A DNA stretch of 64,000 nt from a virus. Below the pieces are notes generated by a model. That model was not told the DNA's origin. It ran no database searches and was given only the letters and a program-made list of their open reading frames with translations. The stretch lies in IMG/VR virus record IMGVR_UViG_3300007345_000033; one strand, written 5' to 3'. Position numbers and translations under genes: made by a program. Positions 36,054 through 45,036 of the stretch are shown piece after piece. Numbering within the stretch: the stretch's first letter is position 1; each line of letters opens with the position of its first letter.

Positions 36054-36563
36054 TCAGTATCCAGTAAGGTTAGAAACTTGTTCTACAGAAAGCGAACTAG
36101 GGGAAGCATAAGGATCGTCAAACGAAGTATCGTAATCGTCCGAACGTTTTTGTTCTTGGGCTTCTTTTTTGATTTCTTCGTCTTGTTCCTTAGCTTTTAG
36201 CTTTGCTCGGTAATCCATTAGACGCTTCATATTAGCCTGGACAACAGCATCCTTTTCCTGATCGGTAATAGTTTCTTTTGTCTCAGACTTTTTCTGTTTT
36301 GGGCTTGCTGTAGTAGCTACCTCAATTTTAGTTTTCTTTTTACGGGGTTTTGGGCTAGCTACTTTACGTTCCGGCATTACTCCGGTTGCTCGACCGTTAC
36401 GGACAGCCGAAGCATAATGACGACGAGCGACTTTAAGGTCACATTCAAAACCGGCTTCCAATTCAGCTTCTACGATCAGGGGAAGGACGTCTTCCATAGC
36501 CTTATCGGTGTTAGCGTTCATTACTTCGGCAACAACCGAGCGACGGGTTGGTTTGTTCCACAT
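36054..36563 (-). CDS. cassette protein: MWNRPTRRSVVA-family N-domain + Lys/Glu-rich C-terminal extension
   Basis: N-terminus MWNKPTRRSVVAEVMNANTDKAMEDVLPLIVEA is homologous to the 82-aa family. The C-terminal half is low-complexity and charged. Confidence 0.5.
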   Translation of the reverse strand: MWNKPTRRSVVAEVMNANTDKAMEDVLPLIVEAELEAGFECDLKVARRHYASAVRNGRATGVMPERKVASPKPRKKKTKIEVATTASPKQKKSETKETITDQEKDAVVQANMKRLMDYRAKLKAKEQDEEIKKEAQEQKRSDDYDTSFDDPYASPSSLSVEQVSNLTGY

Positions 36564-36667
36564 AGCTTTAACTCCTTAGTAACTATAGGTATGTTATACC
36601 TTAAACGGGCATGAAAGTAAAGAGGTTTTCTTAGAATTCTTCTGGCGCGCTGGCAAAAAGATCCTTC

Positions 36668-36850
36668 CTATTGTTTCCAGGCGTGTTTGATATCGTCGTA
36701 AAACTCTTCAAGTTGAGCTTTCCAATAAGCACGATATGCCGCAAAAGGACTATTGAACGATAGATTATTTTCCGCACACCATACTCTAACGTCAGCCTCA
36801 ACCATAGCTTCTAGATCAGAATGCATTGAGCAAATTTTAGGATATTCCAT
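36668..36850 (-). CDS. cassette small protein
   Basis: ORF with flanking cassette elements. Confidence 0.35.
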   Translation of the reverse strand: MEYPKICSMHSDLEAMVEADVRVWCAENNLSFNSPFAAYRAYWKAQLEEFYDDIKHAWKQ

Positions 36851-36966
36851 ATTCTCTCCTTTAATATATTTTTAAAGTATAGCCTATAAGATCATGATAG
36901 TAAAGAGGTTTTCTTAGAATTCTTCGGCGCGCGAAGCGAAAAAAAGGGGGCCGAAGCCCCCTTAAA

Positions 36967-37215
36967 TCAGGCTACCTCAATTTCGGGTTCGGTAACCTTA
37001 GCCTTGGTATCAGCATAGCTTTCACCAGGAGCACGTCCATTACGAACGGCAGAACGGTATGCACGGGTAGCTTCCTTCATACCAAAACCGTCTTTCTGGA
37101 GATCGTTAGAATAAATAGCTTCAACGATCAGGGGAAGGACAGCTTCCATAGGCTGACCTTCGTTAGCAGACATAACAGAGGCGACGACAGAGCGACGGGT
37201 TGGTTTATTCCACAT
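36967..37215 (-). CDS. cassette small protein, MWNRPTRRSVVA family (copy 3)
   Basis: Paralog. Terminator gggggccgaagccccc at 36945..36960. Confidence 0.6.
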   Translation of the reverse strand: MWNKPTRRSVVASVMSANEGQPMEAVLPLIVEAIYSNDLQKDGFGMKEATRAYRSAVRNGRAPGESYADTKAKVTEPEIEVA

Positions 37216-37295
37216 AGCTTTAACTCCTTATTAACTATACCCCATTGTACCCTAAGATGCCCTGGAAGTAAAGAGGTTTTCTTAAGAATCTTCGC

Positions 37296-37420
37296 GCGCT
37301 GGACCAACCAACTGCCAACCAACTATATACTAACCAACCAACTGCCAACCAACTATATACTAACCAACCAACTGCCAACCAACTATATACTAACCAACCA
37401 ACAACTAACCAACCAACTAA
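37296..37420. repeat. tandem direct repeats (30-bp unit x3 plus partial)
   Basis: ccaaccaactgccaaccaactatatactaa repeated three times, followed by degenerate ccaacc units. Confidence 0.8.
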
Positions 37421-37799
37421 CGATAAAATACTCAAATTGTATGCGAGCGCGGTGCCCGTATAATAATTTGAATTTCGTAGAAAAGTTCTTTCGGTTCCCC
37501 GTAAAATACGGTATAATGTAAATAATATAAAAGTTTCTTAGGAGATACGTTATGGAATCCCATTTCTTCGTGGTTCGTTTCTTTATTATGATGGGCTGTA
37601 TTTTGGGTAGTATTCTTATTCTCGCCCATATAGCTGATACTTTTATTATATATTAGTATACACGAGTAACGCTTGAGCGGTAGCGCTGCGCTAGCGCTAT
37701 ACTTAAAGCTTACGAACGAATCATGCGCTAGGGTCATTTTTATTCTAACCCCCCCCCACCATTAATACATATGGTTCGGGGGTTTAGGAGTTTTTGAGT

Positions 37800-37920
37800 A
37801 TAAGCATCGCCAACGAGAGTCAACGAGAAGGAAGAGTCTTCAACGAGAGTCAACGAGAAGGAAGAGTCTTCAACGAGAGTCAACGGGAAGGAAGGGTCGC
37901 CAACGAGAGTAAACGAAAAG
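37800..37920. repeat. tandem direct repeats (31-bp unit x3 plus partial)
   Basis: caacgagagtcaacgagaaggaagagtcttc repeated with minor variants. A C8 homopolymer at about 37750 lies just upstream. Confidence 0.8.
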
Positions 37921-38143
37921 CAAGGCGATAAACGATTTTCTTTTAACTAAAGCCTTACCTCATCTTTAAGGGATTTCGCTTTGCCTTATATATAAAAAAA
38001 CCGCCGGGAAATTTTTTGGTATCAAAAGGTCGATTAATAATAGTTTATTATAAAAACCAAGGGTCTATACTATACTAAAAGTTTTGTATCAAGCTTTAGC
38101 TATTTGTTGAATTATTACCTAAGACAAGATTACCGTACCCTTT

Positions 38144-38527
38144 TCATTCATCTGCTAAAATTTCTCCAATAATATCTTCTAGGTCAAAGTTCTTGTAAGC
38201 AACCTTCTTGCCAGTTCTATGATCAACAACACGATTATCAGGTTCATTGTAAGTCCTAACAATATCCGTGGCATTGAACCGATTTTTTTGATCCTCTCCA
38301 TAATACCACTGAACAACCTTCTTGGCAAGTATATTAAACGCTTCCTTTAGATTTCGTGATCTTTCTCTATGGTTCTGTCCGATTACAGTAATACCTGACT
38401 CAATATGAGTGATACGAACGCAGTTTTGGTGCTTATTTCGATGTTGACCACCAGCACCAGTTCCTGAAAACCAGTCTAGCTTAAAATCCTTTTTGGTCCA
38501 AGACTTATCTGGAATTTTATTAGTCAT
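38144..38527 (-). CDS. GGQ-motif peptidyl-tRNA hydrolase domain protein (ArfB/YaeJ/ICT1-like class I release factor domain)
   Basis: SGTGAGGQHRNKHQNCVRITHIESGITV matches the RF-1 domain SGxGGQxVNKxxSAVRxTHxPTGIVV, including the catalytic GGQ. 127 aa, as in ArfB. Confidence 0.6.
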   Translation of the reverse strand: MTNKIPDKSWTKKDFKLDWFSGTGAGGQHRNKHQNCVRITHIESGITVIGQNHRERSRNLKEAFNILAKKVVQWYYGEDQKNRFNATDIVRTYNEPDNRVVDHRTGKKVAYKNFDLEDIIGEILADE

Positions 38528-38838
38528 TATTCACTCATCTTTTTCACATCAAGTGGGATTGCGTTATGTAAAGCCATAAATCCACAATTCATTCCCATTA
38601 TATATGCATCTGCATCAAAGCCAAATACGTTATATAAAACGTAACGATATGATCCCTGGTCTTCTAGTTCACCTTTTACAATACGGCTAACTACCGAGTA
38701 GAATGCCTTCATTTGGTCTTCCTTCGAAAGACTTTCCCACCAGGCGTCCATTTCTTGTTTTTCTTGTTCGATTAATGCTTGAAATTCTTGAGTTTGATCA
38801 GACAATTTTTGCATAATATTTTCTTTATCATTAGTCAT
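38527..38838 (-). CDS. hypothetical protein
   Basis: Coupled ORF (ATGA). Confidence 0.4.
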   Translation of the reverse strand: MTNDKENIMQKLSDQTQEFQALIEQEKQEMDAWWESLSKEDQMKAFYSVVSRIVKGELEDQGSYRYVLYNVFGFDADAYIMGMNCGFMALHNAIPLDVKKMSE

Positions 38839-39461
38839 CTAACAAAAGCTCCTATTCTCCCATTTAACTCTTTTGAATCAATAAACTTATACCCCATCGG
38901 TGGAACTTTATTTTGACCTTCCCATACAGGTATAAACTCCTTTATTCCATTATCAAAGTCAACATTTCTTCTGAAATGCACTTCAATTAGTTTGCCACCA
39001 ATAAATTCACAGTTAATAATTTCTTTATTAGAAAACTGATTTAGAATAGACGGGAACGGTATGGTTTTGTCTGTTTTAATCCAACGATCCCAACGGGTCA
39101 TTGTATTTTCTTTTTTGATACCTTTGACACACAACGTCTGCTTTCCATAAACATAATCTACACTTAGATGATCACCTTCGAAGAACTCTGACCAAAAATG
39201 TCCCACAGGCATGTTATCCGTTGTGTTTTCTATCCAAACCTTTTTGGCCCCCATACCAAGGCCGAGTGCATTAACACAAGGTCTGACGATATACCAATCT
39301 GGTTTCGGCACCCTTTGTCCCACAGGACCGCAGATGTAATTTAGTTTTCTGGATAGAATAAGTTTATCCATAACCCACATTTCATCTGGATCGGCATTCA
39401 TCCAGTAGTATTCTTCTGGACAAGGTTCTGGAAGATCAAATTTCATATCCCTTAACACCAC
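38835..39461 (-). CDS. hypothetical protein
   Basis: 208 aa, coupled ORF. Confidence 0.4.
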   Translation of the reverse strand: MVLRDMKFDLPEPCPEEYYWMNADPDEMWVMDKLILSRKLNYICGPVGQRVPKPDWYIVRPCVNALGLGMGAKKVWIENTTDNMPVGHFWSEFFEGDHLSVDYVYGKQTLCVKGIKKENTMTRWDRWIKTDKTIPFPSILNQFSNKEIINCEFIGGKLIEVHFRRNVDFDNGIKEFIPVWEGQNKVPPMGYKFIDSKELNGRIGAFVR

Positions 39462-39724
39462 CAGTTTATTTGGTCAAACTGATTTTCCTCTTTATCAATT
39501 TTATTTTCCAGCTCCACCGCCAAATTTCTCATTTTATATTTAAAGTTTTTATAATAATCCATCATCATATAATGAATATCTTCAACTAACTTGGGATTGG
39601 TCACCAGGATCAGAGTATCGGAAACTGTAAGTATGATATATTCTTCTCCAATTTCAGGTTCAGTAATCTCTCCGCATATCTTTCCCGGAAAATATGTTAA
39701 ATCATCTATATATGGATAAATCAC
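39452..39724 (-). CDS. hypothetical protein
   Basis: Coupled ORF. Confidence 0.35.
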   Translation of the reverse strand: MIYPYIDDLTYFPGKICGEITEPEIGEEYIILTVSDTLILVTNPKLVEDIHYMMMDYYKNFKYKMRNLAVELENKIDKEENQFDQINWWC

Positions 39725-40035
39725 CGAAGGTGATAATCCGTCGTCATAGTTCGTTCCGTAGGTTCTTACCTACGCCGAATACTTTCTTGGTTCGTTAGTT
39801 ACCTTACCCAAAATTTTTAGTTTCTTTATTTCAATCATAAATCAATCATATTTCTTGATACCATATTAAGTATGATGTAACTGAAAATCATTCCCAATAT
39901 GAATCCCGTGACTAGGCCTAAAAATAATCCAATAAAAAATACCATCAATCGTCCTTAAAAAAATCCAGGTAAATTAACGTAAATGCCGCGCCAAATAATA
40001 TTGTATAGTATATAATAAGGAAAATAATACCCATA

Positions 40036-40410
40036 TTATCTCAGGGCTTCTTCATAATATCGAATAACATCATTTTGTTGTGATACATAAGCCTTTAATT
40101 TGGCCAAATTCACCGAAAGCCTTTCATAGTCCTTGACCGTGATAGCAACATATGAAGCCTTTGGATCCTTAACCAAATAGGTTTCAAAAAACTCTTTATA
40201 GTTACCACCGTTAATAACTTTGATTCTTGGTGGGGTTAAATTTGGAATCTCTGGCCTAACCGCCAATGGTACTTGAATTGGTACGGCCTTCTCAATAACT
40301 ACTGGAGGGCTTGCTAATGCCGTCCCTTGGGGTTTGTTGGTAGCCACTCCACAGCTAGTTAGAAGGGCCAGTGAAATCAAAGAAATTATTAAAAGTTTCA
40401 TTCGTTGCAT
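40036..40410 (-). CDS. lipoprotein (candidate o-spanin)
   Basis: Signal peptide with lipobox LLTSCG. Start lies inside the 3' end of the upstream membrane/coiled-coil gene. Confidence 0.4.
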   Translation of the reverse strand: MQRMKLLIISLISLALLTSCGVATNKPQGTALASPPVVIEKAVPIQVPLAVRPEIPNLTPPRIKVINGGNYKEFFETYLVKDPKASYVAITVKDYERLSVNLAKLKAYVSQQNDVIRYYEEALR

Positions 40411-40768
40411 TTTGCATTCTCTTTTCGATTAGTGTTGGTTTCTTAATGGATAAATCAGTCAAATCGTGTTTATTTAATTTTTCTTGTAAAACTCTAACCC
40501 TTCCATTGGAAGCCGTCAAATTTTGTTGCAATTTATTGTTTAGCTCTTCATATTTTTCAATTGAGTCTTTGAGGCTGTTGATAGTCTCTACACTACTCTC
40601 AACATTTCTGACCAAAACTCCATTGTCACTTAAGAGTTGAAGATATTGCGACTTTAAGTTTTTGGTTGTGACCTGATTATAAACATTCCAGCCTGTCATT
40701 CCAATTAACAGTGTTATTAATACTTTTGTGAAGACTCCACTGAAAACTTGCTTTAAGAGTAAAAGCAT
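40355..40768 (-). CDS. N-terminal TM + coiled-coil protein (candidate i-spanin)
   Basis: TM segment VFTKVLITLLIGMTGWNVY followed by a heptad-rich periplasmic region. Overlaps the downstream lipoprotein gene. Confidence 0.4.
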   Translation of the reverse strand: MLLLLKQVFSGVFTKVLITLLIGMTGWNVYNQVTTKNLKSQYLQLLSDNGVLVRNVESSVETINSLKDSIEKYEELNNKLQQNLTASNGRVRVLQEKLNKHDLTDLSIKKPTLIEKRMQNATNETFNNFFDFTGPSN

Positions 40769-40990
40769 TTTCTTTTTCCTTATTTGAAAATTAAGTATAT
40801 TATAATTTATATAAAGTGAAATGTAAAGATATTTTTATGTACTCTTGATTGTTTTTTTGGGTTCTGATGCTTTTTGAGTTCTCCTTAAAATTTATTTTAA
40901 TTTTTTTCTGATTATATCTATTTTTTTCTTTACTTTTCTCCAAAGCTTTAGTATAATCACTTTGTGGTAAATGAAATAATAGATTAGGAG

Positions 40991-41224
40991 TTGCTGATAA
41001 TGATATATGAGACTGATGTTGAAGTTGAGATTGATGACGAGGAAATGATTGAGTATCTTCAGTGTAACGGATACGTAATCTTGAGAGAAGGGTTTAACCG
41101 TCTAAACAAAGATGATATACGTTTCTTGATGGATTTGGTTGATGCCACCATCGAATTACGGAGCAATGATAAGACTCGAATTTATGACGCATTGCAAGAA
41201 ATGTATCGAGTCAAAAGATATTAA
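40991..41224 (+). CDS. hypothetical acidic protein
   Basis: ORF with RBS taggag. Confidence 0.4.
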   Translation: MLIMIYETDVEVEIDDEEMIEYLQCNGYVILREGFNRLNKDDIRFLMDLVDATIELRSNDKTRIYDALQEMYRVKRY

Positions 41225-41297
41225 AATTAAATCTTTACTTTTTTAAAAAGTTTTATTATAATATGATTATGGTTGAGTTAACGAAAGGAATTATATT

Positions 41298-42224
41298 ATG
41301 GCTCATAATGTTGAAACTATGGCATATGCTGGAGAAGTTCCATGGCATGGTCTGGGTAAAGAAGTAATTGCTGATTTATCTCCCGAGCAAATGCTCCGCG
41401 AAGCGGGGATTGATTGGACAGTTAAAAAATATCCTGCAATGATCGTTCTTAATGATGATGTGAAAGAAATTGGTCGTAATGCACTGGTTCGTAGTTCGGA
41501 TAATAGCATCCTTGATGTTGTTACTGATGATTGGAATCCGGTGCAGAATCAAGAAGCCTTTGAGTTTTTTAATGAGTATGTAAATGCCGGTGACATGGAA
41601 ATGCATACTGCTGGTTCTCTTCAGGAAGGTCGGATCGTTTGGGGCTTGGCTAAAGTAAAGGAGTCTTTTGAGTTGTTTAAAAGCGACCGTATTGATTCTT
41701 ATCTCTTGTTCACTAACTTCCACAAGTATGGTTTTTCTACCGATATTCGATTCACTCCGATTCGAGTGGTTTGTAACAATACCCTAACCCTTTCGTTGAA
41801 TGGTAAGGTTGATCGGATGGCAAAGTTCTCTCACCGTCGAGAGTTTGATCCTGAACAGGCCAAGGAAGTACTGGGTATTGCCACTGATAAGTTACAGAAG
41901 TATAAAGAGATGGCTGAATTTTTGGGAAGTAAACGGGCCAAGGGCGAACATGTTGTTGATTACTTCAAGCGCCTATTTCCTACAAATGGCGCTAAAGATA
42001 TGTCCAAAAATGCTTCTACTGCTTTGTCGGTAGTTGATAGTCAACCAGGTGCGGAATATGCTCAAGGTACTTGGTGGCCAGTATTTAATGCTGTTACCTA
42101 TACCACAGATCACCTTATGGGTCGAACTCAGGAAGGTCGAATTACTTCTTCTTGGTATGGTCCAAACAAGAAGTTGAAGACCAAAGCCCTGGAGCTAGCA
42201 GTTGAAATGGCAGAGGCGTCATAA
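41298..42224 (+). CDS. hypothetical protein
   Basis: 308 aa, preceded by promoter 41229..41265 and RBS aaggaa. Confidence 0.45.
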   Translation: MAHNVETMAYAGEVPWHGLGKEVIADLSPEQMLREAGIDWTVKKYPAMIVLNDDVKEIGRNALVRSSDNSILDVVTDDWNPVQNQEAFEFFNEYVNAGDMEMHTAGSLQEGRIVWGLAKVKESFELFKSDRIDSYLLFTNFHKYGFSTDIRFTPIRVVCNNTLTLSLNGKVDRMAKFSHRREFDPEQAKEVLGIATDKLQKYKEMAEFLGSKRAKGEHVVDYFKRLFPTNGAKDMSKNASTALSVVDSQPGAEYAQGTWWPVFNAVTYTTDHLMGRTQEGRITSSWYGPNKKLKTKALELAVEMAEAS

Positions 42225-42290
42225 AAAAAGGCTTGACCTCTGGCCTAAAACCTAGTATAATTACACCTGTAACGAATAAAGGAATTAAAC

Positions 42291-43424
42291 ATGGCCAGAG
42301 GTCTTACTGTTCGAAAGAAAAAGAAAGTATCGTTGACTAAGACTCAAGCAAGTCTGATTAACGCAAAATACTTCGGTGAAGAACCAGTCTTGAAAGAAGG
42401 TTATTCGCAATCTGATTATATCGGCGCGCTTAACTGGTATACGTATATGTGTTCGGCCGCAGAAGCTCGTAAATTTATTGAGGAGTTTTTGAAAGAAACT
42501 GATCTCAATACTGAATTGCGTAAATTCAGAAAAGTTCCTGATGTATGGGTTCCAAATACTGCAGCATGGGTAGCTCGCATGCTATCTCGTGGTATGCCCC
42601 TTGCGGAATCCTCTTTTGAATATATGATGGAAGAGATTAATAAATCTTTTAATAAAATTCCTTCCAATGAAAATACTAAAAAAGAAAAGAAACCAGTAGC
42701 TCCGGTAATTTCGATTCAAGATCGAATGAGAGAAAAAGCCAACGATATTATCGGAGAGATTGAGTCTATTGTTGATGATCGTGAAAATCAACCGGAATTC
42801 TCTTTGTATAATTGGTTAAAAGAGCAGGATATTCCTGCGGCTTACGCCAAACATATTGTTGACTTTTATACGCCTGTTATGATTGAATATTTGGAAGTAG
42901 AGGAAGGCAAAGACAAAGATCTTAACGAAGCTTATGCATATTTGAAAAAACGTCAGCTAGCCAAAGAAATTAAGTTCTTTATGATGTTGGTTGATGATGC
43001 TACTCGTTATGGGGAAGTAACCAAAAAAGTTCGTAAGCCCCGTAAACCAAAATCTATTCCGGCGGCCAAAAAGATTAAATCTCTGAAATATCAAAAAGAA
43101 GATACGAATTACAAAATTGCTTCTGTTGACCCGGAAAAGATTATTGGAGCCACCGAGTTATGGACTTTTAACACTAAGTACAAAGTCATGACGGTATTCA
43201 GGGCTTTGAATCGAGAAGGTTTGCAAGTTAAAGGTACTAGCATCATTAATTATGATGAACAAAATTCTCATACTAAACGAACTGGTCGCAAACCGGATTA
43301 TTTTGTTGAACGAGTACTTAAAGGTGGTAAAATCGTCCTCCGTAAGCTGATGGACGAGATGGACAAAGAAACAACCTTGGCTCATCGTATTAATGATAAC
43401 ACAATTTTATTGAGGGTGACGTAA
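42291..43424 (+). CDS. hypothetical protein
   Basis: 377 aa with RBS aaaggaa. Confidence 0.45.
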   Translation: MARGLTVRKKKKVSLTKTQASLINAKYFGEEPVLKEGYSQSDYIGALNWYTYMCSAAEARKFIEEFLKETDLNTELRKFRKVPDVWVPNTAAWVARMLSRGMPLAESSFEYMMEEINKSFNKIPSNENTKKEKKPVAPVISIQDRMREKANDIIGEIESIVDDRENQPEFSLYNWLKEQDIPAAYAKHIVDFYTPVMIEYLEVEEGKDKDLNEAYAYLKKRQLAKEIKFFMMLVDDATRYGEVTKKVRKPRKPKSIPAAKKIKSLKYQKEDTNYKIASVDPEKIIGATELWTFNTKYKVMTVFRALNREGLQVKGTSIINYDEQNSHTKRTGRKPDYFVERVLKGGKIVLRKLMDEMDKETTLAHRINDNTILLRVT

Positions 43425-43651
43425 TGATTGTATATTGTGTATGGGCTGGGGATCAATATTACCCAACTGGGCCCGGAGATCTTAAAGGTATTTTTGAAAC
43501 TAGGGAAGAAGCTCAACAATTGATAAATAAACTTAATGAAGAATATGAATATGGTTTTCGTAAACGGTGGGATTGGGTTGAAATTACGAAAGAAACAGTT
43601 CAATCAGAAAAATATCAAGACGAAGAGAATATAGACGATGAAGATGAATAA
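43424..43651 (+). CDS. hypothetical acidic protein
   Basis: ATGA-coupled. Confidence 0.35.
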   Translation: MIVYCVWAGDQYYPTGPGDLKGIFETREEAQQLINKLNEEYEYGFRKRWDWVEITKETVQSEKYQDEENIDDEDE

Positions 43652-43994
43652 AGCGCAAGAAATACGTAAAATTACATTTGAACAATATAAATTAAGTTCT
43701 GTGAATGATGTTTATAATATGTTAACTAAACGCATAGAAAATGAAGCCGAAAAAGGCAGTTTTGGATTAACGCATTTTTTCACGGAACTTGATAAAGAGC
43801 ATTCAAAAGAATTAGGTAAAGAAAAATATTATACTTATACCAGCAGTTCTTGTTATGATAAAGTTAATAATAGATGGACAATTTCAAATCATATTGTAAC
43901 CGGAAAGACGATAAAAGAAGTTATGGATTTATTACGTAAAGATGGCTTTAGTATTAAATCTGAACAAAATTGTCAGTACATAATAACTTGGTAA
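43638..43994 (+). CDS. hypothetical protein
   Basis: Coupled ORF. Confidence 0.35.
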   Translation: MKMNKAQEIRKITFEQYKLSSVNDVYNMLTKRIENEAEKGSFGLTHFFTELDKEHSKELGKEKYYTYTSSSCYDKVNNRWTISNHIVTGKTIKEVMDLLRKDGFSIKSEQNCQYIITW

Positions 43995-44385
43995 AAAAAA
44001 CAGTTGATAACTTATAAAAATTCCTTTACTTCTAAACTAAAATTAAATATACTATATAAATAATAAGCGGATTTGATTATCAGATTCTAAAAGTTATTCA
44101 GGACACGGGGGCAGTTCCCGTCGTCTCCACCAGAAGAGTATTGGTTATCAGGGTTGGAATAAACCTGGTGTAATAGATTTTCCAAACGTCCAGTACTCTT
44201 TTGATGGGGACGATTCAGGTTCGACTGGTAATAAGTAAGTTCTCTGTAGAATACGCTATTTAAAAATAAATGCTAACGATAACTTCAAAGCATTTGATTA
44301 CGCCTTAGCTGCGTAATCATTGGGCGGCCACTGCCTCGAAACAGAAGTGTGGCATTATTTCCTAAAATTTTATGAAAGGTTTAAC

Positions 44386-44754
44386 ATGAAAACATTTTTG
44401 ATTGCAACTACTGCATTGGTAGTTTCAACAACAGCAGCCTTGGCTGGTGGAATGCAACCAGGCGTTTGGTCTGGTGAGGCTTTTGCAGAATATGGGGTAA
44501 ATGCCCAAGATGTAACACTTGGAGGCGGTGTTGCTTATGATATCAACTCAGTTAGCTTGTGGACTGAAACTGAACTTCAAGTAGCTCAAGAAGTTGATTT
44601 GACTTTGAGTGATGTTACCTTTGGTGCAGATTATGCAATTCTACCTCAAGTAGATGCGTATATGGCATTTGAGTTTGCTGGTAATCCAGATGCAGCTAAT
44701 GGTCTTGGGGTTGAATATAATGAAACTTCAATTGGCCTTCGCTACGAGTGGTAA
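44386..44754 (+). CDS. secreted small beta-barrel outer-membrane-like protein
   Basis: Signal peptide MKTFLIATTALVVSTTAALA. Alternating hydrophobic pattern. C-terminal ...GLRYEW (terminal aromatic, typical of OM beta-barrels). Terminator ggggagcttcggctcccc at 44762..44779. Confidence 0.45.
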   Translation: MKTFLIATTALVVSTTAALAGGMQPGVWSGEAFAEYGVNAQDVTLGGGVAYDINSVSLWTETELQVAQEVDLTLSDVTFGADYAILPQVDAYMAFEFAGNPDAANGLGVEYNETSIGLRYEW

Positions 44755-44808
44755 ATTATCACAGGGGAGCTTCGGCTCCCCTTTCACCTAAAGATTGTTA
44801 ATAATATT

Positions 44809-45033
44809 ATGGTACCAACTGACAAAAATAAATTCGTTGATGAAATAGAACTTCTATGTAAAGAAAAGAAAATGGAATATATTGATGCTGTCATTGAATG
44901 GTGTGATAAAAATAATTTAGAAGTTGAAACTGCTGCTTATTGGATTAAACGAGATCGAACAATGAAATCTAAAATTCAAACTGAAGCAGAAAATCTTAAT
45001 ATCTTGAAACGTGGGGCGCAATTGCCAATTTAA
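44809..45033 (+). CDS. 33: late transcription accessory protein gp33-like
   Basis: C-terminal KIQTEAENLNIL resembles T4 gp33 KIQSEAIDENLL. Sits immediately upstream of gp59/gp32, as in T4. Confidence 0.45.
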   Translation: MVPTDKNKFVDEIELLCKEKKMEYIDAVIEWCDKNNLEVETAAYWIKRDRTMKSKIQTEAENLNILKRGAQLPI

Positions 45034-45036
45034 ATT

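Larger units (their letters stand above)
32820..37290 (-). repeat. array of about 14 PeSL-like cassettes (promoter + small ORF + hairpin terminator + GCGCGC box)
   Basis: Repeated unit on the plus strand: ...ataccctaagctgccatggaagtaaagaggtttt... (reverse complement aaaacctCTTTACTtccatggcagcttagggTATAATg). Next to it sit ggcgcgc and the hairpin ggggccgaagcccc / ggagccgaagctcc. At least 14 copies. Confidence 0.8.

Noticed and set aside
37432-37737. ORF 37432..37737 (-) in the repeat-rich non-coding region
   Set aside because: It has no RBS or promoter copy and overlaps the 30-bp tandem repeats. It is likely non-coding.
31876-37920. CRISPR array interpretation of the tandem repeats and cassette repeats
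   Set aside because: The tandem blocks are contiguous repeats without unique spacers. The cassette repeats are about 80-bp promoter/terminator modules separated by protein-coding ORFs of variable length, not 25-50 bp spacers. There are no cas genes.
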